From positions 2,728,001-2,792,000 of the forward strand of contig JBHGNT010000018.1 of assembly GCA_043228905.1 (NCBI GenBank): a stretch of 64,000 nt of DNA, given 5' to 3'. Position numbers and translations under genes: made by a program. The notes under the pieces were generated by a model, which was not told where the DNA came from, did not search any database, and was given only the letters and a program-made list of their open reading frames with translations. Shown in pieces: positions 48,901 through 61,800 of this stretch; the stretch's first letter is position 1, and every line of letters starts with the position of its first letter. Source of the stretch: Azolla caroliniana. Lineage: Eukaryota > Plantae > Polypodiophyta.

Positions 48901-49346
48901 ACGTTGTTGGTGATGGCTTCGGGACTTATACGTTTAGCCACAATTTGGGCATCTGGGTGCGTAGGGGCATCGATGATCTTCAGGTAACCGCCCATTCCTC
49001 GTTCCTGGAGCCAGGCACGGGTTTCTGTTGAGGCGGTAAGAGGCATGGTGGAGATGGAGACGGGGTTTGACTGTGTGGAAGCGGGTAGCAAAGTGATGAG
49101 GCGAGGGCGAGCCACAGGAGGAACAACAGGAAGGGGAAGTCCAGCAGAGGGGTTATGAGAGTGAAAGAGGGCTTGAGAGCAAGAGCGCTTAGCGTGATGA
49201 GGGCGAGACGGGGGTTCTGAGCTTGAGAGCGATGGAGATGGGGAACGATAATGGTCTGTGCTACGTTTTTGAAACGGTTTTAGTAACTTACTCCTAGGGT
49301 TTTGTGCCTGAAGCGAATCCTGAAGATTCTGAGTCGTGGGTGCCAT
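45953..49346 (-). pseudogene. G extra 3' ORF (homologue of the C and B extra ORF), fragmented
   Basis: YFGEYSASGKPYRT, GNRIDWGIITG, AAELHILHADAENRQKEG, C-terminal ESILDILKEE*. Confidence 0.78.
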
Positions 49347-49577
49347 AATAAGTGACTAGCACCACGTGTCCTGAAGGTGAGTGGGGTGCTTCTAGTGCTT
49401 TGCATGTGCTTTGCATCTGTGAACAGCTTAAATAGGTAGTAATTGAGTGGTGGCGAGGGGTGCTCCTAAAATTGTGGGTGCCTAAGTGGGTGGTGTAGGT
49501 GTAGCTAATCAGTGGCTAAACTATGGTTAATCCTACCTACTACTACTTCTATTAATTTCAAGAAGGTGGGTGAGTCC

Positions 49578-52500
49578 TTATTCAGGGGGACACGTGGTGT
49601 CCTTCGTGGTGATCTCCCAAGTCTTGTGTGTGCCGTGTGGCTTGGTAAACGGGTTGAGTGGTGTAGTCCCTCGATATGGTCGAAGTCGAAAACCATTGGC
49701 CCAGCTTTTGACCGTGTCGCCGGCGAGTGTGCCGAGCTGGAACGTCCCGTTGAACTCGTCGATAATCCAGAATGGACCGGTCCACCGAAATCTTAATTTT
49801 CCCGGCATTGACCCGAGTCGTGTTTGGAAAAGAAGAACTGGTTTGCCGATGGTGAGCTCCTTCTCCAGCCCACGTCGATGTCGATCCACGAAAGCCTTGC
49901 GTTGCCGTTGGCATTGTTCGAGCTGGGCCATACTCTCTATCCTATCTTCCCCAAGTTCGAGGAGTTTTTCCAGCTGGTATTGCTCGGATTCGGCCTCGGG
50001 GAGCCGTGCTTTGACTTGAACTCGGAGGCTCGGGATCTGGAACTCGACGGGCATTACGGCTTCTAACCCGAACGCCATTCGAAAGGGGGTCGATTGGATG
50101 CTTGTTTTGAAAGTCGTACGATACGCCCACAACGCGCTCTGGAGTTTGTCATCCCAATCGGTCCTGTTTTCATTGACGATCTTCTTCAGTATGGTTTGGA
50201 GGATTTTATTGGTCGATTCTGCCAAGCCGTTCGCCTGCGGGTAGTATGGTGTGCTTTTCTTGTGCACCACTGCGTAGTGGTGTGTAAACTCACGTATTAT
50301 GTGATTGATGAAGTGCCCACCTTGGTCACTAACGAGCTCGATTGGACATCCGTAACGGCACCAGAGGTGCTCGTACACAAATTTAGCCGTGGATGCCGCC
50401 GTGTTATCTCGGAGTGCCTTAGCCTCGACCCATTTGGTGCAATAATCCGTGGCAACGATAATATACCTATTCCCTGTTCGGGCCGCGGGTGGTTTGAAAG
50501 GGCCTACAAAATACAAACCCCATTTTTGAAATGGGTCCAACGGAAGAATCGGCTGGTGTGGCATCCGCGACTGTTCCATTGGTTGCCCCAGACGTTGGCA
50601 CAAATCGCACTGCCGGCAAAACTCGTGAGCGTCTTTCTTCGTTTTCGGCCACCATAATCCACTTTGCCAAACTTTCCTTGCCGTGGAATCCTCGGCGTAG
50701 TGTCCCCCAGCTACTCCCTGGTGGGCTTCCTGAAGAACGGCGTTCTTCTCGAATTGCCGAATCACTCGGCGCCATATGCCGTCCGAGCCTTTGTGGTAGA
50801 GAATGTCCGAGACGAGGCAAAAATTCCAGCTACGCACTGCTAGGCGTTTTCTCGTGTCAAGGGTCATGTGCTCGGGAGGTACACCAGTATTGAGAAAATG
50901 GGTCATCTTCGTGATCCATTCATCTCCGTTATCGTCTGGTACCGTGGTCAGGTTAAAGAGGCTGGCGTCCGGTAGCTCGTCGTACGTTGTTTTCGCCGAT
51001 TCTCCTGACTCAAGACGGCTCAAGTAGTCGGCGACGGCATGTTGTACCCCGGGTCGATGCTGAATCTGAAAATCAAACTCTTGTAGTAGGAGCATTCCAC
51101 CAAGCCAACCGTCCGGTGAGGGTTTGTTTATTGACCAAATAAAGAAGGGCCGAGTGATCCACGTGAAAGGTAAATTTTCGGCCCAAGAGGTAATGCCGAA
51201 ATTTATTGATGCTATAAATCATACCGAGGGCCTCTCGCTCGGTGGTGGAGTAATTCTTTTCCGCGGTCGAGAGCCGTTGGCTGGCGTAGTACACAGGCCT
51301 ATACCAATTCGGGGGTGTGCATTGCATCAGGGCACTTCCAATGGCGATGTCCGAAGCATCTACGAAGACATGAAACGGTTCGGACCAAACCGGAGACTGG
51401 ACCACCGGGGCATGTGACAGCATTCGTTTCAGGGTCTGATAGACCGTGTCCTCGACTGACGTCCATTGGAAAGGAGGACGATGGATCAGCTGTCATATCA
51501 TTCGGCTGTGCCACCGGATCTGTCCCAAAAAACGGCTTAGTGCCTTAGCGTTCGAGGGTGCAGTGGCATTCAGGATTGCCTTTACTTTATCTGGGTCCAT
51601 AGCGATGCCTTCTTGACTGACAATGTGGCCGAGAAGGTTGCCGCTGGTGACTAAGAGCACGCATTTCGCCAGGTTTTAACTCAATCGAGCTTGGCGACAT
51701 CGGTCCAGGCAGAGTCGTAACTGGGTCATGTGTTCCCGTCGATGGCCATACACGGCAAAATCGTCGAGGAAGACTTGCATGAACGTCGGGATGTAGTCAT
51801 GAAAGATTTCGGTGATGATGTGTTGGAACGTAGCCGGCCCTGTTTTTAGACTGAACATCATAACTTCTGCTACAAAAACACCCCATTCCGTGACGAAAGC
51901 GGTTTTCTCCTGATCCTCCGGGTGCATTCTTATCTGGTTATAGCCGCTAAACCCGTCGAGGAAACTGTAGCATTCGTGGCCGGCTACCGTGTCGAGGACG
52001 CTATCCGTGAATGGGAGAGGGAAACCGTCGGTGACTGTTGCCGCGTTAAGCTTCCGATAGTCGACGTAGACGCAGATTTTTCCGTTCTTCTTTGGGACCA
52101 CTACGATTGGGCTCAACCATGTAGCCCGTTTAACAGGGCGAATGAAGCCCACTCAAAGTAGTTTGTCAATTTCCTCTTTGACTTTAGCGGCGTAGTTGGG
52201 GTTCATCCTGTAGCGCCTCTGCTGAACCGGTCGAGTGTCGGGTAAAATGTGTATTTGATGTTGGTAGTATTGAGGATCCAGCCCCTTCATATCGGTGTAA
52301 GACCAAGCGAAAACATCCTAGTAGTCGGTGAGTAATTTTACGAGGCATGCTCGTTCGCCGGTTGGTAGATTATTGGCAATTTGTACCGTACGGGGATTCT
52401 CGTCCGAACCGAGGTTTATTGTTTCCAGGGTTGATGCTTTCACTCGTTGTGAAATGGCGAGTTCGCGTTCGAAAGCCTCCCGAGCATGACGTAGCTCGGC

Positions 52501-53200
52501 AACTGTGGTTGCATCTAGTTCATCCTGGGGTGGTGACTCCTCCGTGACTTCCTCGTCTTTGGATGGTTCGATGGTTGGTAAGGCATTGATTTCGAAGAGA
52601 GGGATGATCGTGGGATGAACCTCTAGGAAGTCATCGACCTCCTCATCGGCCAACCCGTCAAGCATATGGACCCGTTCCGCGTATAACGGCGAAGTGTTGA
52701 GGGCGACGGGGACTCGTTCTTCAGTGATGATTCGGACTTTTGTCTTTCCTCTTCGGAACGAGATCATGCTGTGTTGCCAATGTTGCTTGATATTCGTTGT
52801 ACGTAACCATGGTCGACCTAGTAACATTGGGTAGGCGCCTTGTGTCTCCAGTCGTAGTGCGACGGCCGAGATCGTGAACATGTGGCCTTCGAGTGTAAAG
52901 TCGAGATGGCGGATTAAACCAATGGGGCGAACGGAGCAGGTGTCGGCCATCCGAAGCCAAAAGGGGCATGGTTCCCATTGATTCAAGCCTAGGTTGAGAC
53001 ACGTTGACTCGCTAATAACGTTTACGCCGGATCCGCCGTCGATGATGCATCCGTGCAGGTCTTGTCCCTTCATGATGATTCGCACGGCTGGGTTCTAAGA
53101 ATCCATGAGTGGTGGACCGGTTCCTGCTTCGGTGAGGTGTACCGGTGGTATCACGGCCTTAGTATTGGCCTGGAGTGCCGCCAGGGTGTCCTGAAATCTC
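49578..53200 (-). pseudogene. pol: G PR-RT-RH-INT
   Basis: IIDGGSGVNVI; SFLDGFSGY..FLDD; VFVDASD; integrase ORF 49578-51095. Confidence 0.92.
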
Positions 53201-53599
53201 AGCATGAGTGGTAGCAGTTTATGTAGGGGCAGCGATATGCGAGAGTTGGTAAGAACATCCCATAGCTGGTCGTCCTCCGACGACGTGGATGGTGCCGGGG
53301 TTTATGGTACTTCACTGGGCCCGTCCCTCATGTCAGTTTGCATGCGTACAACATTATATTTTATTGGCCGTGTCGACCCATTCTTTTGCTGCCTGTCGTA
53401 CGTCATCCTGGATTTACCACTGAGTAGTCTGCGCTTTACTCCGGGTAGTGACTGTTTGAACATCGGCCATGATATTGTGCACCGCGGGTGCCTTGCCACA
53501 GTTGGTTGTCGGACATTGCGTGGCGTAGTGGCCTGGTTGATTACATTTAAAACATGTCACGTTGGCCGAGCTGCTAGTGTCCGCTCAGTCTGTGTCTGA

Positions 53600-53983
53600 A
53601 AGCTGTTGTGGTCTTCACTGGGAACATAAATACTATGGTACATGAACAAGAGGAGGTTGCAGATGCTATTGTGATAAGACATGGTTTGGTGGGAAAAAAA
53701 TTGACAATACCTTTGAATCCAAAAATAGAGACTGATAAATCTCAAATATGGCAATTGGTAAGTAGTATTACAATTTGGTATATTTGGAAGGCTTGATGTC
53801 TAAAGGTATTTCAAAATGTGACTAAAAGACTTACCCAAATAATTTTTGGGATTTGGACAACGATTGTGCATAATCTCATAGGTTTGTTGGATAGTATAAA
53901 AGGTAATATGCAACCAGCGGAGCTTAAACGATTGAAGTTCCATGCCATCTAGGACATAAGTATATATTTATAGACTGTGTTGA
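53600..53983 (+). pseudogene. LINE ORF2 extreme C-terminal remnant
   Basis: IWQLVSSITIWYIWKA*CLKVF is typical of the segment after zf-RVT. Confidence 0.6.
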
Positions 53984-53987
53984 GCGG

Positions 53988-54034
53988 TATCGTGTTGCTA
54001 CGTGCATGCGTGTAGAACGAGGCGGGACCACCGG
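53988..54034 (-). repeat. Terminal 47 bp of another A/D-family LTR (inverted), interrupted by H
   Basis: Reverse complement aligns to the A LTR end GTGGTCCCGCCTCGTTCT..ACA. Confidence 0.75.
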
Positions 54035-54649
54035 TGTCGTGAAGAATTTCGGCCAGAGGCGGAAACCGGGAAACATTGGCTATATCGGCGGGGTGCAGCG
54101 TGTGTATGCACCCATGTACATTTAGTGTGAATATCGAGGGCGCCTTTATGGCGCCGAAGAGTAGTCAAGTCGGGGCAGACAATCCCATGTAAGTCGGGAT
54201 TTGTCCCACATTGTAACCCATCCCTTTCCTTGTTCTATAAAAGGAAGGGAACGCCCTTTGTGAAAGGGTTGCCCATTTTGCATTAGAGGGTATACCGTTA
54301 GGTTTAGAGTTAGTTTCTTCTTCTTCTTCTCCTTTGTGTTCGCTTAGGGTTTGCTTCAGCTCATCTCCTACGCAAGACCCCGCTCGGCGCGACGAGCCCG
54401 TGAGCTCCCCGACGGCGGCTTGGCAGCTGACGACTACTGTAACTTGCCTTGGAACGGCTCGAAGCCGGGAATGTATTCTTCTTTTATATACATATATACG
54501 TTTGCGTCTATTTGTGTATATTCGCGTCTTCGTTGGTGTCGGGTGCTTCCCCTTTCCTGCACTTCCTCTACTTAAGGGTGTGAGTCGGGTTGGCCTGTGT
54601 GTGTGTGTGTGTGTGTGTGTGAGCGAGCGTGCGTGAGTCGGTGTTAAGT

Positions 54650-54686
<37 letters not shown>

Positions 54687-54853
54687 TCGGTTGCTTCCAG
54701 TGTGCTTCTGGGATGCCCCGGAAACGGTGAAGCACGACTTCCTACGCTCCATCACTCCCTAGTCCAAGACCCCCATGGTCCCGCCTTTCTCCACGCACGC
54801 GCGTAACAACGCGACATATTTGGTGAACCCGACGTGAAAGGCGGCAAGGGAGG

Positions 54854-56236
54854 ATGGAGTCGGAAGACGACGACCTTGCGGAGATGGTGGCCGAAGTGGT
54901 GTTGGAGTCGGCACGAGTGGTGATGAGGCGAGAAGCAGCGCAACAAGCGGTTGAGCGAGTGGTCGAAAGAGTTGGCCGTTTCAACGGGGACAAAGTCCCA
55001 TCTTACTTGGAAGCCTACAACGCGGAAATGGAGGGGCGTGGCGTAGACGAGGCGTTGAGGTTGGAGTTCTTCTGTCGGATCGTGGCTGTCCGGATGCATG
55101 CAGAAATAAAGGAGCTCCGTGAGGCTCATAGTTCGTGGGAGGCCTTCGAACAGGCGCTCCTGAAGGCATACGGAGGACGGCGGAAGAGCCAGGGACGACA
55201 CGACTTTGACCAGTGGGTAGCATCGGCAAAGACCCACCGGGACGCGACCAAGGCGTTCCGAGAGTTCGAGCGACGGCTTGCTCGGCTCCCGGAGTGGGAA
55301 CAAGGTTTGCTGGGGGCGGACAAAGTCCTTTTGTTCGTCAGGTCGATCGACCGAGCGGAACGGGAAGCCATCGAGATTGAGCTCGAAGACGATGACGGAG
55401 CGAATGGGCTTACGGAGGACTGGTCGAAGGTCGGAAGGGTGTGCCAACGGCTAGACAACGAGCGAGCCGAGAAGGCTAAGAGGAAGGTACGCGACGGCGT
55501 GCAGTCACAGCGGGAAGAGGCCGAATGGCAAAGAGCGACGGCAAGGGTCGGCGTTGGGGCCAGGATTGCGGAGGCGTACGCAGCTCTCGAGGCGATGCTC
55601 GAGGAAGAGGAAAGACGGAGGCCGCAAGCTGAGACTGAGAAGACGGACTTGCCCCACGCGACGGCGGAAGATCGGTACCACGGTACCACGGAAGAGGGTG
55701 CGGAACAAAACGCCCTCTCGACTCGCGGAGATAGAACGGCCAAGGACGAGGCCGAGATACAGATCGCGAAACCGGAACGTTGGGACCAGCGGTTTCGGGT
55801 GTGTCAGCCCGAGATCCCGGTCATGGGAGAAGCAAGCCCAGACGGGGCTTGCGCGATCGGTAAGAAAACGACCGCCGACCACGAAGAGTCGGTGGCTACG
55901 GACAAGGGCGTAAAACGGACGGGCGATTCCTTGTGTCTTCCCACGCTTGCTCCCGGGACGATGGCAGTCGGGCCCGAGTGCCCACGTGAGTCCCAAGCGG
56001 AGGAAGGCGGCGGCGATAGACCAAGAATCACCGGCGAGACGATACGGGGAAGGAACGGACGAAAGCCCACGGACCCAATTCCGGAGAACTCGGCATTCGG
56101 GCCCGTATGCCCATGTAAGACCGAGGAGATGGATTGCGGTACCGAGGAGTCCTGGCACGATGCCAGCGAAGTCGGATGGGAAACGGCCTGCGAGGAGACC
56201 GAGGACGGACGCGGCACGAGGAGATCGGCATTCTGA
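54854..56236 (+). CDS. gag: H Gag (capsid region homologous to D, unrelated C-terminal half)
   Basis: VGRFNG..YLEAY; KVLLFVRSID..GLTEDWSKV versus D RVLLFVKSVD..GLTADWAAV. Confidence 0.8.
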   Translation: MESEDDDLAEMVAEVVLESARVVMRREAAQQAVERVVERVGRFNGDKVPSYLEAYNAEMEGRGVDEALRLEFFCRIVAVRMHAEIKELREAHSSWEAFEQALLKAYGGRRKSQGRHDFDQWVASAKTHRDATKAFREFERRLARLPEWEQGLLGADKVLLFVRSIDRAEREAIEIELEDDDGANGLTEDWSKVGRVCQRLDNERAEKAKRKVRDGVQSQREEAEWQRATARVGVGARIAEAYAALEAMLEEEERRRPQAETEKTDLPHATAEDRYHGTTEEGAEQNALSTRGDRTAKDEAEIQIAKPERWDQRFRVCQPEIPVMGEASPDGACAIGKKTTADHEESVATDKGVKRTGDSLCLPTLAPGTMAVGPECPRESQAEEGGGDRPRITGETIRGRNGRKPTDPIPENSAFGPVCPCKTEEMDCGTEESWHDASEVGWETACEETEDGRGTRRSAF

Positions 56237-56699
56237 TACGGGTGGAGCGTGATCCTGTCGTGGATCGTTCGATCGGGGCCGGATTCGGCATGAAAGTGCC
56301 GATACGGAAGGGGGTGCGGGACGAGCCGCCCTCTTTTACATGGGGAGAAAGACCGATCGGGCAAAGGTCGAGATTTGGAAAGAGAATGAAAGCCAGTCCT
56401 ATGGGATTCCTTACGCCGATCCGGCTGCAGGCCCGAGTGCCGACGTGAGTCCTATAAGAGAGATCGGTGGCGACAGGAGAACAGGACTCGGCAATCCGGA
56501 GAAGGACGAACGGACCCGAGCGAGAACCGGGCGGAGCGGACTCCCGGGTAACCATTCCGGGAGGGAGGAAGAGAGTTGGCCTACGAAGAGGCCGAGGACA
56601 CGGTACGTCGGTACCACGGGAGAGGGTGCGGAACAAAACGCCCTCTCGGCATGCGGAAAAGGACGACCCGGGACAGGGTCAAGAAGGCGACGAACGCCC

Positions 56700-57900
56700 A
56701 AGGAGGATCCTTCACACCGGATCTAGAGACTTCGGCAGTCGGCAACGCGGTCGACGTAAGACCAAGATACTGACGGTGGTGGCGAGGTGACGAAGGCAAG
56801 GGCTACGGATGGACGGTCTACGGAGGATCCTTCACACCGGTTCTAGAGACTTCGGCAGTCGGCAACGCGGTCGACGTAAGACCAAGATACTGACGGTGGC
56901 GGCAAGGTGACGAAGGCAATGGGCGTAAGGAAGTCCGGTCCTACGGGATCCCCACACCAGTTCCGGAGACTCCGGCTGTTCTGCCAACGTGGCAACGTAA
57001 GACCGAGGGAGAAGGTTGGTGGCGGCGGGAAACGGGACTCGGCTATGCGGAAGACACGAGGAGAGTCCGGGATTGACTCAAAACAAAGGCACCCGAATTT
57101 CGGCAAGCATAGAAACGGAGTTCGGTCCTATGGGACCCTCACACTGATCCGGAGACTCCGGCAGTTCGGCCAACGTGGCAACGTGAGACCGAGGGAGAAG
57201 GACGGTGGCGGCAGGGAACGGGACCCGACGACACGAGGTTTCAGAAGGAGCCGGTAGGGGCAAACTACGGGGAGGTGTGTCAGGCCGGAAAGGCACACCT
57301 GGAACAGAACAAGAGTCTCGCAAATGGCCATCGCGGGCCGGATCGAAGCGTGACTACGGGACGGTGTTTGGCGCGGGCGGGGCCGAACGAAGGATGCGAA
57401 AGATGGCAAGAGAGGCCGGAGGGGGATCCTCCACACTCGCTTCGTAGATCTCGGTAGCTCCGTCGAAGTAGCGAAGATTGACACGGCAAGCCCAGGGTGA
57501 CAAGCTGGTGGGGGCGAGGGCATGACGGCAAGCGGAAGAATCAGGACCTATCGCAGCAGCACGAAGACGGGAAGGGCCAAGCGGGCTACTACGGGGTGTT
57601 CCTCGGATGCAAAGGACACCGGTATGCGGGTGAGCGGCGATGCACGATCTGACCAAAACGGGGGCCAACAAGGCGTGCAATGAACCGAAGTGCGACACAG
57701 GCAGTGCCAAACAACGGACGTGGGTATGTGGCACACGGAGGTGCCGGAGCGGAAAGGCGAGCGCGGAGATAGGTTGCGTGGTTCGGAGGTAGCGCGGAGA
57801 AGGCCGGAAAAGGATCCTCCACACTATTCCGGAGACCATGGCGGTTCGAGCTGACACGACGATGTAAGACCATGGAGAAGGAAGGGTGGCGGCGAAAGGA
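56700..57900. repeat. Degenerate ~120-bp tandem repeats inside H
   Basis: GGATCCTTCACACCGG..AGACTTCGGCAGTCGGCAACG..GTAAGACC at 56704 and 56825; decayed copies near 56945, 57130, 57424 and 57812. Confidence 0.8.
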
Positions 57901-58055
57901 CGAAGGCAACGCGAAACGACATAGGACGGCACCAGTACGACGCGATTGGACAACGGAGGCCAAGCGGGCCACTCCGGGCATGTCTCAAGCGGAGGACATC
58001 AGGCATACGGCGGGAAGCGGGGCGTTCATACGGCCGAACAAGGGCTAACAGTACT

Positions 58056-58899
58056 TGACTGCTCATAAATGAGCCTCGACTCTTACTCCCAAAACTATTC
58101 CTTACGAGGAATATCTTTCTAACGGCCTTTCGGTCTACACACCGATACGGCATTCCTACACATCGGTCTGCGTACCGGTTTTACACATCGGATTACGCAC
58201 AAATGTTGAGCTTATCTCTCAACACTCCCCCTCAAGCTCAACTTGAGGTTCCGCCTACTCTACCGCACCTACGCTCTGGCTTCTCCTAGCTCCACGCCTC
58301 GCTCGCGCTCCTCGGCCTGTTCGACTCTGCGCGCTTCGACCCTTCTGGTCGGCTTGTCTGTTCCCACTGCCCTTCACAGCTCCCTTGTTGATGCGGTGTT
58401 GGTGCTTCTCCTACTACCTTCTTTTCCGCTTGGTCCTTGGTTGATTCAGTGTACCTGAATCAAACATCCAAACCGACTCAGCTATCTCCGATCAGTTTTC
58501 GCTCTCGTCCGATTTTCGCTCTCGTCCGAGTTGGCTATCTCCAACTCGTCTTCGGTTTCTCATCGTTGACGATGTCATCTCGCCCATGCCTGGTTGGCTC
58601 CGGCATTTTCTTTCGGCTACTCCCCTTATGTCCACTTTTGGACTCTTCCGCGGATCCGCACTCGGCTTCTTCAGCCGAATCGAGGTCGAATTCGTCATCC
58701 GACTCGGCACCACGGTATTTTCTGCTCCTTTCCTGCTCCCTTTCGTGGTCATCTGGGACGTTTCTCCCCCTCAAGTTCGGCACGTCGAGGTGACGCAACC
58801 CAAGAGCACCCGAGAATTGCCGTAACTTCTCCAAACCAAGAGGCTTGGTGAAGATGTCGGCGGTCTGTCGATCTGTCAGAACATACTGAAGTTCGACTT
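58056..58899 (-). mobile_element. Copia L 3' end: RNase H tail, extended 3' region, PPT 58225-58232 and short 3' LTR (~58056-58224)
   Basis: Minus strand VELQYVLTDRQTADIFTKPLG; AGGGGGAG-TGTTGAG; left LTR boundary uncertain. Confidence 0.75.
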
Positions 58900-61800
58900 T
58901 GTAAGGAATCGACGCTTCGATTCACCTTCTTCTCTCGGCCACAACCGAGTAATCGCGGATCAATGCAGCAGAAAATAGGAACCACACGAGAAACAAAAGA
59001 AACGCGAGTACACATGGATTAACGTGGAAAACCCTATACGGGAAAAAACCACGGGAGTGCGAGACTCCAAACCAAACTATACAGAGAAGTATACAATGGC
59101 GAGCTGCAAGGCGACGACCTTGAGCTCGCTGTCCTCGCCACAGGCGGCGGAAATACACAGAGGCGTCTACCTCTTTCTCTCTCGCGCTCTATCTCTCTCT
59201 CTCTCTCACGGCTGCTCACACTTCACTCCTCTTGAGTGGAAAAACAGAAAAATGAGAAGCAACAGTAAAACTGTTTGCCCTAAGTCATATTTATACTTAT
59301 ATGACTTTGGGCTATTTACAACTATAGCCTCAGGGGCCCATAGCGAACATATTCACGGATATGTCCCTGCATCCGGATCGCTCTCCGGGTACATTCGTCA
59401 TCCGGCACCGAAGCCGGGGTCTTCGTCATCCGGATCCGAAACCGAAACCGGGCTTGTCGGCATTCATCTCCGATATCCGACCATCCCATCCGAAAGGGAC
59501 CGAAAACCCAACAAACTCCCCCTTCACTTCGGCATGGGATGTCTCTCCAATCCGATCCTCTTCCGGCATGCTTCCAGCTTGTCGGGTGTGAGGACCTTGG
59601 TCAGCATATCCGACCCGTTCTCGTCCGTGTGGATCTTTGTCAGCACGAACTCCTTGTCTTCTATCCTTTCCCGGATCCAGTGATATCTTCGCTGGATGTG
59701 CTTCGTCCGGGAGTGATAGGCCGCGTTCTTCGCAAGGTGGATTGCACTCTGACTGTCGCAGTAGAGTCGGTACTCCTCCTGTTGGATACCGAGCTCTCTA
59801 ATGAAGTCCTTCATCCATATTATTTCCTTGCCCGCTTCAACAGCCGCCATGTACTCCGCCTCCGTGGTTGACAACGCAACCGTCTTCTGCAGCCTCGACT
59901 GCCATGAAACAGCTCCCCCTGCATACGTCATCACATACCCTGATGTGGACCGGCTGGTATCTGCATCAGCCGACATATCCGAATCGGTGAAACCGTCGAG
60001 TTCGGGTTTACCGGAGCCGAATCGGAGGCACACATTCGCTGTGCCCTTCAGGTATCGAAGTATCCACTTGACCGCGTTCCAATGCTCTTTGCCGGGATTG
60101 CTCATGTGCCGGCTCACCACTCCGACTGCATATCCGATGTCCGGTCTCGTACACACCATGGCGTACATCAAGCTCCCGACGGCTGAGGCATACGGCACTT
60201 TCATCATATCCTCCTTTTCAGCCTTTGTCTTGGGACTTTGCTTGCTGGACAGCTTGCAGTTTGCCGGGATGGTCGATCCGACCGGTCTTGCTTCCGACAT
60301 GTTGAACCGGTGAAGCACCTTCGTCACGTACTTCTCCTGTGACAGCCACAACTGCTTCTTCTTCCGGTCCCGGATGATGTGCATCCCTAGTATTTGCCTC
60401 GCCGGACCCAGGTCCTTCATTGAGAAGGTTCGGTGAAGAGCCTTCTTCAGCATCCGTATCTTGACCTGGTCCCGTCCGACGATCAACATGTCGTCCACGT
60501 ACAGGAGGATTATTAGAAGGTCTCCTCCTTCGAACTTCTTCACAAACACGCAGTGGTCGGACTGCGTTTTGAGGTACCCTTCGTCGGTCATGAAGGAGTC
60601 GAACTTCCGGTACCATTGCCGGGGAGCCTGCTTCAGTCCGTAAAGGCTCTTCTTCAACCGGCATACCAGGTGCTCCTTCCCTTTCTTCTCGAATCCTTCC
60701 GGTTGCTGCATGTAGATCTCTTCTTCGAGGTCACCGTGAAGGAATGCCGTCTTCACGTCCATCTGTTCTACCTCGAGGTCCATGCTTGCCGCTATGCTCA
60801 GCACCGTCCGGATGGAGGTCATCTTCACTACCGGGGCAAATATCTCGTCGAAGTCGACGCCCTTCTTCTGCTGAAACCCCTTCACCACGATCCTGGCTTT
60901 GTATCTCGGGGGGTTTCCGGCATCTCCCGGTTTCAGCTTGAACACCCACTTGTTACGGAGTGCCCGTTTTCCTTTCGGCAACTCCACAAGTTCAAATGTG
61001 TGGTTCTCATGCAGGGAATCCATCTCGTCCTGCATGGCACTCAACCACCTGCGGCTCTGGGTGTCATGCTTTGCTTCTTCAAAGCTCTCCGGCTCCCCCT
61101 CGTCGGTTAGCAGCACGTGCTCTGGATCCGGAAATCTCCGGGGGGCCCTTCTCTCTCTTAGAGGATATCTCCGTTCCGGGGCTTCGGTAACCGGTTCTTC
61201 CGATTCTTCTTCATCCGAATCCATTTCGGGATCGGGGCCGGTTCCGGTATCATTTTCGTCTTCTTCGGCCGGTTCTGTTTCTTCACCGTCTTCGGCCGGA
61301 TCCTCGAGTGCTAACCGGTCCCTTGCCGGTCGGGACTGCTCCTCGTAGAGTTGATCCTCACTGGTCGACTTGGAGCTCTTCATCTTTTTCTCCGACTCCC
61401 AGTCGGCGAGTGTCTTGTCCTCCATGAAGATGATGTCTCGACTCCTGAATATCTTCTTGTCGACCGGGTCCCATACTCGGTAGCCGAACTCGTCGTCGCC
61501 GTAACCGAGGAATATGCATGGCCGGGTCTTTGGATCTAGCTTTCCTCTCCGGTCCTTTGCCACATGCACGTATGCGAGACACCCGAACACCTTCAGATGC
61601 CGGTAGGACACTTCCTTACCGGTCCACACTTTCTGCGGCGTGTCTCCGTCCAAAGGTACTGAGGGTGATCTGTTTATCACGTATGTCGCCGTCGACATTG
61701 CCTCAGCCCAAAACCCCTTGGGTAATTTCGCATGTTCCAGCATACTCCGGACCCTCTCCATTATGGTCCGGTTCATCCTCTCGGCCAGCCCGTTCAGTTC

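Larger units (their letters stand above)
45396..53600 (-). mobile_element. Element G: degraded Athila/Tat-like Gypsy element (B/C family), 5'-truncated inside gag
   Basis: 3' LTR 45396-45852; extra ORF; INT, RH, RT, PR and last knuckle CFKCNQPGHYATQC collinear with C. Confidence 0.88.
54035..58055 (+). mobile_element. Element H: apparent gag-only non-autonomous member of the D family (5' LTR 54035-54816, PBS Trp 54821-54838)
   Basis: TGTCGTGAAGAA..CGCGACA; same PBS as D; no PR or RT in the 3.2 kb visible. Confidence 0.85.
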
